64,000 nt of DNA from Octopus vulgaris (GCA_951406725.2 OX597816.1:114328001-114392000), one strand, 5' to 3'. Shown: positions 25,215 to 39,520, counted from the first letter of the stretch. The notes: a model not told the origin generated them from the letters alone. Translations and numbers: made by a program.

Positions 25215-26170
25215 TATCAGTAAAAATCAAAACCTAAACATATATACACATATGCACGCTTATACATTTAGAATAAAAATGTATAAACAAACACACACAC
25301 ACACACACAGACACAAATTCTAATTTATGTTGGAAAAAATACATACATTCCCATTCCTACCTCAGCATATATGGCAATAGACATAAAAGAAGCACATATG
25401 CATATACATATATACATAAACAATAAGCATGTGTGTTCATATATATATTTGTATGAAAGTGCAAGCACTGATATACACAAAATACATGTAATATACAAAT
25501 TAATACAAACAAATCGTAAGAGTATGCACAAAACCTTACACACACACACACACACACACACAGAGCGTTGCTCCAACTCAGTATTGATGTACTCACTCAT
25601 AGATATCAATAGTTGATATATACCAATCATAAATACAAACGAACATCTATACATATACATGATAGAAAAAAAAAAAAAGAAGAAAAAAGAAAAAAAAAGG
25701 GAGAAAGAAACCTGAATTGGCTATTATGATATTCTTCTTTCTAGCAATGTCTAAAGATGGAAGATTAAAAAGTTTTCAACTGATCTTTCTCTTGATTGGC
25801 CCAACTTTTATTTTAAGAAATATTGTTAAATTTAAGTAAACAGAAATATATACCCACCCACTGGAAAAAAAAAAAAGAGAGAGAAGAAAAAAACAAACAA
25901 AAATAAAACAAAAACAAAAACACCCTTTTCAAATCTTAACAAATGTGTGCAAAGTCTTTCCTTCTTATGTGTAGGAAGCCTAGTTGAAAGAGAAGAAAAC
26001 ACTTAGCAAAATAGAATTTCCCTGGGCAAGCAGCTATATACCATTAAATCCACTGAACCAGGCTGACATTTCCTTTTCTGTAAAGCTTACTGCTAATTAA
26101 AAGGGAGTGTGGAGGTAATAGCTGGAATAGCTTATAAGTTAGCAACATCACAAAATATATAAATTTCATC

Positions 26171-26207
<37 letters not shown>

Positions 26208-26228
26208 GAATATATATATATATATATA

Positions 26229-26520
26229 TCATCATCATCATCATGGGTTGAATGGGTCAACAAGAACAGACAAGCCAAAGGGTGGTGCCATATTCTATGT
26301 CTACTCTGGCACAATTTCTAAAGCTGGATGCCCTTCCAAATGCCAACCACTTAATAGAGTGTAGTGGGTGCTTTTTACGTGGCACCAGCGCTGCTGGGAT
26401 CACCAAGTATCCACAAGATCCCTCCACTGAGTGGGATATAGAATAGAGGGATCAGAAACTATGTTAAAGGCACAGGAACAGGTGTCTTGCTGAAGAGGTG
26501 AATACATTGGTTTTCCCACC
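26229..26520 (-). mobile_element. SINE family B-related fragment
   Basis: (CAT)n, gctggatgcccttccaaatgccaaccac, gtgctttttacgtggcacc. Confidence 0.7.
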
Positions 26521-26581
26521 TGGAAAATGAGAGAGAGAGGGAGGGAGAGAGGGAGAGAGCGAGAGAGATACTTGTGTGTGC

Positions 26582-26621
<40 letters not shown>

Positions 26622-28291
26622 ATACACAGACATGCACATATACATGTCTCTCTCTCTCTCTCTCCCTATATATACATATACATGCCTACATACATATATA
26701 TATATCCATCTAATCTACTAAATATATGTATATATTGACAAGATACTTACAATATAATTTGAAGCATATGAGATTTTATATGTGTAATTGTTTAGGGTGT
26801 ATATGTATGAACGTTGATGCCTGCAACACACACACACATGTATATATGTATAAAATAAAGCTTATTTTATGAGACTAAATTTTGGGTTGCAGTGGTATGT
26901 TATTTTCCTTTCGAACAAGTAAAGAAGAAGAAAAAAATAACATAAAAAGCAGAAAACAAACTCAAAATAAAATACATTGTATGCTTACTATATTAATCAG
27001 CTAAGAGATCACACAGACAACTTGCTTTTTTCAAATAAGTATTTATTGGTTAGACTATTCACACTATTTTTTTTTTTATTGTACCATTTGAAGAAGCACA
27101 GATATGCATATGCATAAAAAATACGGTATCTGATAATAATCAAAGAGCAGTAAAGTGACATTAAAAGATGAGATTTGTAATCCAATTTATGTAAACTACT
27201 GTTGTAATAACACAACTCAGATACTACTTATATCAATTAGTTATGAGGGGCTGCGTGCAATACAAGATGAACACAAGTAGATAAGGAAAATGTTGAATTA
27301 GATACTGCTACCTTACAACATTTAGAGTACTAAATCTATCATTTGTATAAAATTTATGGTAAGTTTAGTACTACACTTAGCTAATATAAGGACTTACATA
27401 GAATCTCATAAAAAATCATAACTGTTTTCCCTTTAAATTGACAAATAACTTGTCGCTGTTTCATAGAAATGTAGTACACACTGTCTCAATTATATACCTA
27501 GGTAAATTGTGGGAAAAGAAAACGTTGCTCTTTCATTTCAGAATCTCCTTCAAAATCACTCCCATTAACTTATATCACCCACTGCCTTTCAAGACACTTT
27601 TATGGCTGTCAACAGAATAACAAGAACCAAAAGCTCTTAAGAAAAACTTTTCATTTGCATTGACTTAGTGATATCATCGTCCACCCCCTCTCTCACTATT
27701 CTTCACTGTTTGGCACATATCTTCTATTTATTCGGGACCTTTTATAACGTGGGCCCTAAAAGAGTCACATAAGTGTTTTGAAGCCAACAGACTTAAATAC
27801 CAAGGGTAAATTAGTAAGATTTATGAGATAATATTGTATGCATTGAAAGAAATATTTTGTATCTGCATGCTGTGCTTAATAGGTGGGAAAAAAATATGGT
27901 ATTTGGTATGTTTTGAAGGAGAATTCAGGTTTAAAGTGACTAACATTAAAATGATTCTCACAGATTTAAGGGTCTAGCTTATACAGAAAGGAAACAAATA
28001 TCTGAAATATTCAAACTGTGAAGCTGATAATGTTGACTGTCTAATTAGCAAATAACTTTGAAGTAGGACTGAAGATTTCAGCAATAATTATAGATTACAT
28101 GGATAAGGTAAATTGTTCAATAAAGTGTTACTGCTAGGGTTCCCAAACTTTCTAATATTATTCCACAAACTGCCCATTAAAACAATTTTATATATTATTG
28201 GAAGGAATTCACGGGTTAAACTACAGGATGAAAAAAAAAAAATAAGTGTATATTTCAGCATTTCTTTCACTATTCAATCAATCTTCTAGAA

Positions 28292-28638
28292 CAGCGGTTC
28301 TTAACTGTGGTACATATGGTCCTTGATGGTCCATATAAGATTGGGGGGGGGGGGGGAGCATGCAATGAAATAGTAAATTGGGGACCCACAATAGTATTTT
28401 AAGAGCCCTTGAAAAACTTTTGCTTTAGATATATGTCTTGGTATGCATTGGAAGAAACAGCTAGGTTTCTTTCTCTAACATTTTACATGGTTCAATCTTT
28501 ACAAGTTAATGTATGAAAAACAAAACAGAAAGACGTTTCTATTTATACTAGTTTTTAAATATCAAATGGCTATAGGGGTTCACCAAATGAAATAGTAATC
28601 AAAGGGGTCCTTAGACGGAAAACGGTTGAGAACCCCTG
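28292..28638. mobile_element. hAT (Charlie-like) MITE
   Basis: CAGCGGTTCTTAAC...GTTGAGAACCCCTG, TSD ttctagaa/ttctaaga; same family as 59410-59761. Confidence 0.75.
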
Positions 28639-29341
28639 TTCTAAGACTTTTCAAAACATGAGGCTGATGAAAAATAAAGCAGAAATTAGGATTGACCAAA
28701 AATTGTAGCTTATAACAAATGAACTTTACAATTTAGAAAAATCAATTAAGCTATGTGAAAATATTCACAGTTCAACAGCATCATTTTCTTTAAATTTTGC
28801 TTCTGTCTTGATTAAACCATGAACTAAGAGAATAAGAAAAGTGCTTATCAATCAAGTTGAGCAATGACTGAAGACACAAAACTTGTTTCTAATAATACTG
28901 TTTAACAAACAACAGAGTAACTCAACTGACAAACAACAGAATTAGATTAGCAAGCAGATTCTGTTATTTTTGATAGCCAGACATGATAGCGTCAATAATC
29001 TTGATAATCTAATAGATTTTAATTTGTTTTAGTGGCCAGAAAACATTCTGTTTTCTTACAAATATTAAATGGTTGTAACAAACTTCCATTTAATTCAACT
29101 TGACTAGGGAAAGAAAAACTGGGAATAAAATTAAAAAAATAAAATAAAATAATGAATTACATAAAAAAAGGTTTAAAGGAAAATTAAATCACTTTGTAAT
29201 TAAAATTAAATAGAAGCAAGCCTAGTGATGCAATGAAATTTATTAATTTATGTGTAAGACTAGTGTATGAGTGCAGATAGTGTGATCTTAATCAGTCTCA
29301 GGATTTTAAGTTCAAATCTCATGCAGGTGCTCTTATTTTAA

Positions 29342-29376
<35 letters not shown>

Positions 29377-29785
29377 AATTATTCTGTATAGTGCTCAGGT
29401 GCACTACAACTCATCAAATATGTATGTACAGTACATAGAATTATATACAAAAGTCTGGAAAGTGAACAGTGTAAGAGTCATGATATACATGTGTGCATGT
29501 GTATGGGGGGGATCAGGTGTAGTGTTGGTGAATTCCAGGAAGCATGGAGATTTTTAAAGGATGCAATGTCTCGGTAACTAACAACTGATGCAGGTAGTTT
29601 GTTCCATGCTTCAGCAACTCTGAGTCTGAAAAAATGTTTCCATGAGCTGTGCTATTTACTGTGTTTATAGGCATGCCTATGTGTGTTAGACACATGAGCT
29701 CAAAAAGGTGTTCAAGTTGGTTGTTGGTGCGATCGTTAATAATTTTGTTGGGGTTTACTAAGTCACCTGCCAGACATTGGAGCTG
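29342..29785 (-). mobile_element. CR1-clade LINE 3' fragment with (TAT)n tail
   Basis: Minus translation across frameshifts: LAGDLV..KII..LFE../KHFFRLRVAEAWNKLPASVVS..SFK, the CR1 ORF2 C-terminal FF..RV...WN.LP..VV motif. Confidence 0.8.
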
Positions 29786-29965
29786 CAATGTATTTATCTA
29801 TAAATTAAGCACTATTTGTATGCAACAATGAATATTAACATAAAACAGTGTGTATGTGTTTCTGTACACACACACACACACACACACACATACACATATA
29901 CATTATTAAGAACAATTAAGTTTAGCAGCAAAGAATTTAGGGATTCAACAGTTATGGCTTTACCT

Positions 29966-30567
29966 CAGGGGTTCTCTAACCGGGATGTGCATAGTTTTGA
30001 GGATACAAATAAAAATTATAGGAATGCCTGAAATTTATAAAATACTAGAATTCTGAAATAAACACAACTAACTACTTTTTGTTAGTGCACTGTCAAATTT
30101 AGTGAATAGTATTTATATATAAAAACAAAAAAAAAACCTTGTCAAATATGTTGTTTGGCAGTCTTGACTTCCAAATATAATTAGTAACAAATTATATTTT
30201 GAGGACGGGTAACCACCCAGAAACTTGAGTCCATGTGTATCACATAAGGCTAGTGAAGGGGGTGATGACCTCCCCTCGCAAATACTAATCAGACACAGAA
30301 TGTGTGTCATTAGCCAGCTAGAAGAGATGTCTTCCTGGGGCTATAAACGCCAGTGGCACTGTCCTGTATAGAGTGTCACACTTGGTTGGCAATTATATGT
30401 TAAAAATTATATTTTGTTTGTTTATGATAACCATAACATTATATCTACTTAATATTGTCTCTTTTCTGGTACCCAACATTTTACCATATGCACTTCACAC
30501 GGGGTGTGCCAACACTTTTGGACAAAATGGATAAGTATCTTTGAAGAAAAGTTTGAGAACGCCCCTG
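29966..30567. mobile_element. hAT-like MITE carrying a nested insertion
   Basis: CAGGGGTTCTC...GAGAAC(G)CCCCTG termini; GC-rich hammerhead-bearing block at about 30190-30390 inside it. Confidence 0.55.
30194..30236 (+). ncRNA. Decayed type I hammerhead motif
   Basis: TTGAGGA (C3 to T)-C GGGT aacc ACCC A-GAAA-CT tg AG-TC-CATGT. Stems II and III and the GUC triplet are present; stem I is weak. Confidence 0.5.
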
Positions 30568-30609
30568 TTCTAAGTCAAGGGATTTAAAGCTTATTAAAGG
30601 AAGACTGCA

Positions 30610-30838
30610 TTAACCCTTTAGCATTTAAACCGGCCATATCCGGCCAAAAGTATTCTGCTTGTTTTATGTTCAAATTGGCCAGATCTGGTCTCTCACACAA
30701 ACCCTACAATATTGTTTTAAAAATTAACAGCTACCTCATCAAAATCTCATAACTACAAGATAATGCATCATTAGTTCAAAACAAAGTGGATGAAAAAGCA
30801 TTAATTTTGGCAGAATAATGTGAACACTAAAGGGTTAA
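30610..30838. mobile_element. piggyBac-like MITE, family 1
   Basis: TTAA|CCCTTTAG...CTAAAGGG|TTAA; shares aaaccggccatatccggccaaaa with the 12575 copy. Confidence 0.85.
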
Positions 30839-31446
30839 ACTATGGAAAAAAATGAAACAAATCCCCCTAACATTCCAGATAGAATGTAGCTGAAATTAGA
30901 TGTCTGTTCTTGCCTTTTTTTTTAATATTATAATTTCTTTATATTATTTCCAGCTTCTTGGTTAATATTTGTAGATGGGGTGTAGGATTATGAAGAACTA
31001 CATAATCAATTGTATTAATGGCCCAGGAAGGCAGTAAAGAATGTTTTAAAACCCAAATGCACACACACAAACACACATGTTTGTATGAGTGTGTGTGTGT
31101 GTGTGTATGTGTATGTATGTGTGTGAGTGTGTGTACATGAGTGTCTGTGTGAAAATACTTTTATGGGATGAAGTAAACAATATTGTGATTTTATAAATTT
31201 AAGTGAAAGAATAGATAACTCACAAAATATATTTTTTACACTTGTACATTATAATCCACAAATTTCTGGGATAGAATATAATTGACTGTACATATCTGGT
31301 ACTTTTCTTATAAACCATTGACGAATGAAAGGTACTTTTGACCTTAAACTCAAGAGGACAAAATTAAATGAGTATTTCTAGTATTTCTCCCAGTGCCTTG
31401 CTTTAATAGCAATAACAATCATAATAATAATAATCATCATCATAAC

Positions 31447-31481
<35 letters not shown>

Positions 31482-31482
<1 letters not shown>

Positions 31483-31696
31483 CCTTTCTACTGGAAGCAC
31501 AAGGCCTCAAATTAGGGGGATGGGATTAAGTCAATTTCATCAACCCCAGAGTGTAACTGGTACTAATTTTATCGACCCTGAAAGGATTAAAGGCAAAGTC
31601 GAACTTGGCAGAATTTGAACTCAGAACGTAACGGCAGACGAAATACATTTAGGCATTTCGCCCGCCGTGCTAATGATTCTGCCAGCTCACCGCCTT
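31482..31696 (-). mobile_element. SINE family C, full length, flanked by (AAT)n
   Basis: Head and core are the reverse complement of the 35957 copy. Confidence 0.85.
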
Positions 31697-31700
31697 TAAC

Positions 31701-31735
<35 letters not shown>

Positions 31736-32492
31736 CCTAAAACAATAATAAGAGTTAATTGTGAAGAATTTTTTTTTCTAAAGAAAACTTCTTCACTTTT
31801 GAGCATCACGTTTTAAAATTAAATTTGATGCATTAAATTTTAAAATAATAAAATACAAGCTAATGCATGCTAACTTGTAACAGTTGATAATCAGCCATTT
31901 TGTCTAGTGGCATTTTAAATTATCAGAGTTATTTCCCTCTGTTTAATTAGTTTCGTTATTTCTCTCTCCAATAAGTCTTCACAATTCTGCATGGAGCAAG
32001 CTAGAAGTGTAACCTTAAAATATAGTGTGTGTGCATGTGTGTCTGTTTGTATGTATGTACAGGAAATCTGCTGGTTTAAAAATTTTTTTTAATCAGACAA
32101 AACACCTCTAGATTATTTCCATTTAATCTATTTATGCATCTATATACAAACTTATATAAAAGTATTTTCTCAATGAAGAAGAATAAGAACTAAAAAAAAA
32201 AAACTAAAAGCAACTAATACAATGTGTATGTGTGTTGATGTAAAGTAATTGTGTATGTTACATTCTTAATACTAAAATATTTACATTAAAACATTTAAAA
32301 TAATAATTTTCGCTATTTTGTTTTAATTTACTGTTTTTTGATAATTAGCTATAATTGAAGTGACATGAACTGGGTTTATATTAACAACACAAGCATTATC
32401 AACGTGTGAATTGGATGCAATGTGTTTTTTAGTTTTAAAAAAATATGTTAAATTTCAATATTGATAATGATACCCGCAATTGAATATAAATA

Positions 32493-33650
32493 ATCCTGTC
32501 TATTACAGGCACAAGGCCTGAAATTTTGGAGGAGGGGGCTAGTTGATTACATCAACCCCAGTATTCAACTGGTACTTATTTTATAAACCATTAAAGAATG
32601 AAATACAAAGGCAACCTTGGTGGAATTTGAACTCAGAACATAAAGACAAACAAAATGCTGCTAAGCATTTTTTCCGGTGTGCTAATGTTTCTGCCAGATC
32701 ACTAAATATATATATATATATATCTACACACACATACAAACAGACAGACAGACACATATATACATACATACACACACGCACATATATATTATGTATATAT
32801 ATATATAGGGAGGGGAAGAGAGACAGAGAAGATTAATTTTTTTCTCTTCCTACAACCCTAACCCTAACCCTCCAGATATGGAGGAGGGGCACTAACTTAA
32901 TTGACTCAAGTATTTAAACTGGTGCTTAATGTAGTCAATTGAGAAGAAGGATCAAAGCCAAAGTTTACCTTGATGGAATATGAACTCAGAACATAAAGGA
33001 ATGTAATGAAATCCTCCTATGGTATTTAGTCAGATATACTACCGTGGAATGGTTACAATGATGAAAAAGGAGGATTTCTTACACTGATGCAAATTTTGTA
33101 GGCAAAGAATATGGTCTACTATATAATAATTCCAAATATTTGATTGGTACTTATTTTATCAACTCAAGAATAATGAAAGACAGACTGAAGAACATAAGTA
33201 TATACCAGAAGGCATTTTGCCCTATGCTCTATCAATTCTGTTGTGCATCATTGTAATGATAATAATTTCTAACGTAGGTACAAGGCCACAAATTTGTGGT
33301 AAGGAAACTGCCAATTATATCAAATCAATACTTGACTGGACAGACTTCAGAATGTACCAGAAACTTATTGACTGTAGATCGGGAAGAGTTAAAGTTAAAC
33401 ATTGCAATAAATACACACACACACACAAAAGTCTTTCTATTTAGATAATTAACTTGTATCTACTAGGTTAGTGGAATTTATTTTATTAACTTGGAAAACA
33501 AAAAGTAAAGTTGATGCCTGTGCAATCATCACCATTATGATTACAATTTGACTAATACTTTATTTCACAGACCCTGAGAGTAGAAAAGTCTAAGTTAACC
33601 CATGCTAGCTTTTGAGCTCAGAATGTAAAAGTTACAAAGTGCTGTGTTTG
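32493..33650 (-). mobile_element. Cluster of decayed SINE family C copies
   Basis: Repeated ggtacttattttat..gaaag..gaactcagaa motifs at about 32570, 32920, 33145 and 33550. Confidence 0.6.
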
Positions 33651-33847
33651 ACATTCTAACAAATCTGTCTACCCATTGCTCTTTTACTGGTTTCAACAAG
33701 TTAGTTGTGGCCATGCTGGGGCAGAGTTATAGAAATGTATTTTATTAACTTTAGTTATACAATAAACTGTTGCTTCTTCTTTGTAGGATAAAGGAAGGTT
33801 TAAACTAAATTCTTTGTTATATCTAGCCAATGAGGGAGAGTTTATGC

Positions 33848-34306
33848 CAGTGTTTTCCAAACTCTTTACTCTTGGGAACCTTTAAAATACTTTATTTGTT
33901 GCAGAGAGCCCTTATGTAAAAATTATCATGCATATCTTTGTAATTTTTCTTTCTTTTTCATAGTGTTAAATTTCACAGTAGGTTAAAGAAATCAGGAAAC
34001 TGACTTTGGGAGATTTTCCAGTGCTAAAAATACCAGATGCCACAAAGAAGGTTTAATAAATTTTCTCTTAACTAAAATTTGTTTTGACTAAATTTTCTTG
34101 CAATTCTCTATTAAGAGGTCATTTTCCCCCCTAAGACCTAATTTCTATATACATATGTCAGTATTTTCTTACCTTAGGGAATATGCCATATGCGTATAAC
34201 AAAATTACTCAAAAGGCCTTTAAACTGTATTTGCATATAATTAACCTGTTTATCCCAATTTCTTGCAGAACCTATGGTCCTAGGGAGCCCTGGTTAGGGA
34301 ATGCTC
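33848..34306. mobile_element. hAT-like MITE, old
   Basis: CAGTGTTTTCCAAACT start; decayed right end gagccctggttagggaatgct. Confidence 0.45.
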
Positions 34307-34538
34307 TTCTATACTCTGTCTGTTTGAAACAGTAGACAGATATTCCTCAAATCACACTACACCCCATTATTCAAGAAAAGGGTGAATATATTAGATCAGT
34401 TGGGGTTGATGTGGGTACTTATGACATCAGATAACAAATATCAGAACTAGATACCATCTAACAAAAAATAATGACTGCAACAGTTATAAAAATATGTAGA
34501 AATAGAGACAGATGCCTGCAACTTTACAGATTACATAA

Positions 34539-34875
34539 TTTACCTCTGCCCTAGCAAAGGTGGAGGTATTGTTTTCAGTCATGTTTGTTTGTTTGTTTGT
34601 CCATGGACAAAATATCTCACAAACTGCCTGATGGATTCAAATGAAACTTTCAGGGATGTTTGGCCTCATGACTGGCATGATTTGGTTAGATTTTGGGATT
34701 GATATGGTGCCAGACAAGGATTCTGGATTATTTTTCCTGTTTCTTTTACTTAATTTTTGAGAGCAATCAGGTTCATTTTTAGTATTCTCGTTTGTGAGAG
34801 GAGTCGAGTTTATTTCAGATATTCTCATTTTAAAAATCCTCTCTGGTGTTGTCTTGGCCGAGGTTTGTGCTCTTG
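34539..34875 (+). mobile_element. Helentron/DINE-like non-autonomous element
   Basis: 5' TTACCTCTGCC..GGTGGAGGT short inverted pair, (GTTT)n tract, GGATTCAAATGAAACTTTCAGG core, 3' TTGGCCGAGGT sub-terminal repeat. Confidence 0.55.
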
Positions 34876-34933
34876 TACTGTTATCAGTTTTAATTCTATG
34901 GAACAAAGTGTAGATTGCATGTAATTTTTTAAA

Positions 34934-35089
34934 CAGGTGTGGCTGTGTGGTAAGAAGCTTGGTTCCCAACCACATGGTTTCAGGTTCAGTCCCACTGCAT
35001 GGCACCTTGGGCAAGTGTCTTCTACTATAGCTTTGAGCTGACCAAACCTTGTGAATGGATTTGGTAGACGGAAACTGAAAGAAGCCTGT

Positions 35090-35137
<48 letters not shown>

Positions 35138-35403
35138 CATATATATATATGTACATGTTTATGTGTGTGTGTATCTTTGTGTCTATGTTTGTACCCCAAC
35201 CATCACTTGACAACCGATGTTAGTGTGTTTATGTCTCTGTAACTTAGAGGTCTGACAAAAAATTGACCGATAGAATAAGTACCAGGCTTACAAAGGTTAA
35301 GTCGTGGGGTCGATTTCTTTGACTAAAAAACCCTTTAAGGTGGTGCACCAACATAGCTGCAGTCAAATGACTGAAAGAAGTAAAAAAGTAAAAGGATAAA
35401 AGA
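34934..35403 (+). mobile_element. SINE family A, full length
   Basis: A box TGGCTGTGTGG, B box GGTTCAGTCCC, internal (TA)n, tail aaaagtaaaagga. Confidence 0.9.
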
Positions 35404-35956
35404 ATATATTTATGTAATAATTAATCTGATAATTAGGAAATGTTATTTCCATATAACAATACTTTTCCAATAAGTTTTCACATTTTTATCAAACTGGATT
35501 TTGTTGTTTGTACATCAACGAACTCAGTTGATTGACACCATACTTTTACCCAACAGAGCCTTTGGATATTTGTGTTGTTGGGTTACCAAAGGTTCATATT
35601 ACTTCCTGTTGTTTTCACTATTGCATTTCAAACTGACACCACTTAGTGTCTTATTTTAGCGTTCATTTCTTGACTCACAGTGCCTTATCTTTGTTCATTA
35701 CTTGACTCAGTAAGGGAAGGCTATGCTCAAAAGCCATGTAAAGTTCGCAGTGAAATGAAAGAACCCAAAAGCTCTAATGACAGAATGATAGATTCACCAC
35801 CTTTGTTATCATACACCCATTTTTCCATACTTATGTCTCATCATTGATCATGGCTCTCTTCCATTTGGTATACACAGCAACAGAAAAAACGAAAACAAAA
35901 ACAAAAAACCCAGGTCATCCTTGTTGTGTATGTTATACTTGTGACATGGTTTAAAG

Positions 35957-36174
35957 GGCAGCGAGCTGGCAGAAACATTAGCACACCGGGCGAAATGCGT
36001 AGCCGTATTTCGTTTGCCATTACGTTCTGAGTTCAAATTCCGCCGAGGTCGACTTTGCCTTTCATCCTTTCGGGGTCGATAAATTAAGTACCAGTTACGC
36101 ACTGGAGTTGATATAATCGACTTAATCCGTTTGTCTAACCTTGTTTAGCCCCTTGTGGGTAGTAAAGAAATAGG
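35957..36174 (+). mobile_element. tRNA-derived SINE family C (Nin-like central domain), full length
   Basis: A box TGGCAGAAAC, B box GAGTTCAAATTCC, then gcctttcatcctttcggggtcgataaattaagtacc. Confidence 0.85.
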
Positions 36175-36869
36175 TTTAACAGCTGGATGCCCTTCCTGTC
36201 ACCAACCCCATTACAGTATGGAGAATAGTGAAGATAAAAAAGAAACAAAAAAAAAAACAACAACAAAACAAAGCAAAGAGAAATTATTGGTATAATCCTC
36301 GATTCCAGTAAATGTTTTTTAAACACCTACTTCATATGGCATTTCTTTTTGAAATTCTGGTGGGTCTGTGCATCTATTTAGGATTAAAAGAACCCTAGAA
36401 GAAGCTTCAAGTCTGCAATTGAAATCACAGCTTGATTATAATGATAGGTCTGGCAGCATCTCTTCTATATGAAACAATATCCATAAGCGGGAAAGTAAAA
36501 TGTAATCTAAATTTAAATGTGTTTATGTATTGGTTGTACATCTACAAAAGGGCTTAAAGACATACATATACACATACACAGACGTACATATTAACTGAGA
36601 TAAAAGCTAGCAAATGATTACAAGAGACCCCGTTGAAGATTAATGATCTGAAATGTATTTGCCAAATTTGTCAACGGCACCTTTCAATAGGAAAATAATG
36701 GTTGAATTTGCAATTTATCACTCAACAACAGTGTTCCAAAGTTGGCGCCAGCAGTGAGAGTAGCAAAAAGAAGTCTGAAAGAATTCCTTACGCATAAACA
36801 TTACAATAAAATATATGAATATCAATTTGGTAACTAAACTAGAGAACTATAAAAATAAGCTATAAATAC

Positions 36870-36916
36870 CAGACATGTGGAGTGCAGGTGGAGTTGGAGG
36901 AAGAGCAAATAGTTTT
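36870..36916 (-). CDS. Candidate 47-nt exon (e.g. KLFALPPTPPALHMS)
   Basis: Acceptor tatgttttcag, donor CTG|gtattt, GC-rich islet in AT-rich surroundings. All three frames are open, so the frame is uncertain. Confidence 0.28.
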
Positions 36917-36953
36917 CTGAAAACATATATGTACATCTCTTACACACAAACAT

Positions 36954-36986
<33 letters not shown>

Positions 36987-37000
36987 CATATGTGTATATG

Positions 37001-37086
<86 letters not shown>

Positions 37087-37100
37087 CATATGTGTATATG

Positions 37101-37144
<44 letters not shown>

Positions 37145-38046
37145 AGTACACACATTTATGAAAGTAAAAATATTGCAAACGTTCAAGAGACAATAATTTA
37201 CCCTTAAAAAAGGGTAAAAAGTGAACACACACACACATACACACACACACACAGTAGAATGTTACAGTGATGAAGATGGAAAGATGAAAGGCAAAGTGAA
37301 AACAAAGAAAAAAAAAAGTGTGAATAAATAAATAGCTAAATAAATACATGTATAAATGATAAATAAGACAAGTTTTGGATGATGGTGTGGGGGGGGGGTA
37401 TGGGGTTGGGGGGGGGTGGAGATGAAAAGAAGACAAGCATAGAGAAAAAAAAAATGAAATTATGAAGAAAGAGAAAATAGAAGAAAGAAAGAAAGAAAGA
37501 GAAAGAGAAAAACACAGTACTATTTGCCTGTCAATAACAGAGCATAGAGGAGCAGAAAATATCAGTTCATTAAATAAATAGAGAGGTATAACTAGGTTTG
37601 GAGCATTAGCATAGTGGTGGTAGTGGCGAGGGTGGTAGGTGGGTGGGTGGAGGGTAGGGTGGGAGGTGGTGGAATCAATAAGTAAGTGAACTGGTATTGG
37701 TGTGCGCGCGTGTGCGTGTGAGTGAGAAAGATTTGTGCATGTGAGAATGAATAATATCGAGTGTATGTATATATATGTGTATGTATGTATATATATACCA
37801 AAAAAAAAAATAGCTATGTGTTTATAACGTTAGGTAGGATAAAGAATGTTCGGAGCATGTAGAGAGATTCGATCTGTATGTGTAACAAATACATTTGTGT
37901 GTGTGCACGCATGTGTGTGTGTGTGTGTGACTGTGGTCTTATGTAATAATGAATATTTATATAAATGCAATAAAGCATTTGTAATTGTGCGTGTATGTAT
38001 GTGTGTACACCCATGTATGTTTGCTTGTGTTTCTGATCATATACCC

Positions 38047-38227
38047 TTTTACTCTTTTACTTGTTTCAGTCATTTGACTGCGGCCATGCTGGAGCACTGC
38101 CTGGAGCAAATTGACCCCGGGACTTATTCTTTGTAAGCCCAGTACTTATTCTATTGGTCTCTATTGCCGAACCGCTAAGTGACGGGGACGTAAACACACC
38201 AGCTTCAGTTGTCAAGCAATGCTAGGA

Positions 38228-38286
<59 letters not shown>

Positions 38287-38450
38287 CGACAGGCTTCTTT
38301 CAGTTTCCGTCTACCAAATCCACTCACAAGGCATTGGTCGGCCTGGGGCTATAGCAGAAGACACTTGCCCAAGATGCCACGCAGTGGGACTGAACCCAGA
38401 ACCATGTGGTTGGTTAATAAGCTACTTACCACACAGCCACTCCTGCGCCT
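38047..38450 (-). mobile_element. SINE family A, full length, young
   Basis: Complete head to tail, CpGs retained. Confidence 0.9.
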
Positions 38451-38780
38451 ATATATATATATATATATATATATATCTGTGTGTGTTTGTGTAAACATAT
38501 GTGTATTTATGCTGTATTTATGCTTCGTACATAATTACAGTGACAAATACTGACTGAAACATGAACAGTTATACAGGGTGTATAATATGTATTAACCTCA
38601 TTATCATTATTTTATTTTTTTGAGGGGTAATAATGCTTATTTTCAATCATCTCAGATCATCTTCAAGTGCCATATCATAACAAATATGTATCTACATAGG
38701 TCAGTATTGAACTTGCAAATCTTCAAATCTTTTATAAATTATGGTGCCATCTAATTGTTTTTGCTTTTTGATATCATATT

Positions 38781-39104
38781 CTTTTATTCTTTTATTTGTT
38801 TCAGTCATTTGACTGTGGTCATGCTGGAGCACTGCCTTGAAGTGTTTTAATTAAACAAATCGGGACTTATTTTTTTAAAGCTTAGTACTTATTCTATTGA
38901 TCTCTTTTGCTGAACTGCTAAGTTACAGGGATGTAAACACACCAACACTGGTTGCCAAGTGGTGATGGGGAGATATACACAGACACAAAAATATATATAT
39001 ACATATACATATATCATGGGCTTCTTTCAGTTTCTGTCTACCAAATCCGCTCACAAGGATTTGGTTGGCTCGAGGCTATAGTTGTAGACACTTGCCCAAG
39101 GTGT
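38781..39104 (-). mobile_element. SINE family A, 5'-truncated
   Basis: Matches the family up to acttgcccaaggtg. Confidence 0.85.
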
Positions 39105-39309
39105 AACCCCTTTGGTTACAAGTTCAAATTCTAATACTTGCTGATTGTTTACCAGCTCTTCAGGATTGCTAAGAAAGAACAAAGTATATATGATGGATAA
39201 AGTGAATCTGTTGTTTAACTGTTCCTGATTGACCCTATGCCAAAATACAAAATCATTTTTGTTGTTGAGGGAAACTGGCAAAAACAGTAGACTACTAAGT
39301 TAAATGCTA

Positions 39310-39520
39310 ATGCCACATAACGAGCATCCAGTCCACACTGTAAAGTGGGTGGTGTTTGGAAGGGCATCCAGCTGTAAAATCCATGGTAAGACTGACCTCA
39401 ACTGTGCTTGTGCCATGTAAAAAGCACTCAGTCCACTCTGATGGGTGGTTGGTGTTAGAAACAGCATCCAGCCATAAAAACCCTTCCAAAACAGACAGAA
39501 GCCTGGTGTAGGCTCCTGCT
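39310..39520 (+). mobile_element. Two tandem SINE family B fragments
   Basis: cagtccac..ggtgtt(t/a)g(g/a)aa..gcatccagc occurs twice, about 105 bp apart. Confidence 0.65.

Noticed and set aside
32854-32871. (TAACCC)n telomere-like sequence
   Set aside because: Under three units; too short to call interstitial telomeric DNA.
35957-36050. tRNA-like A/B boxes here and in other SINE heads
   Set aside because: Continuous with SINE bodies and no full cloverleaf evident; not tRNA genes.
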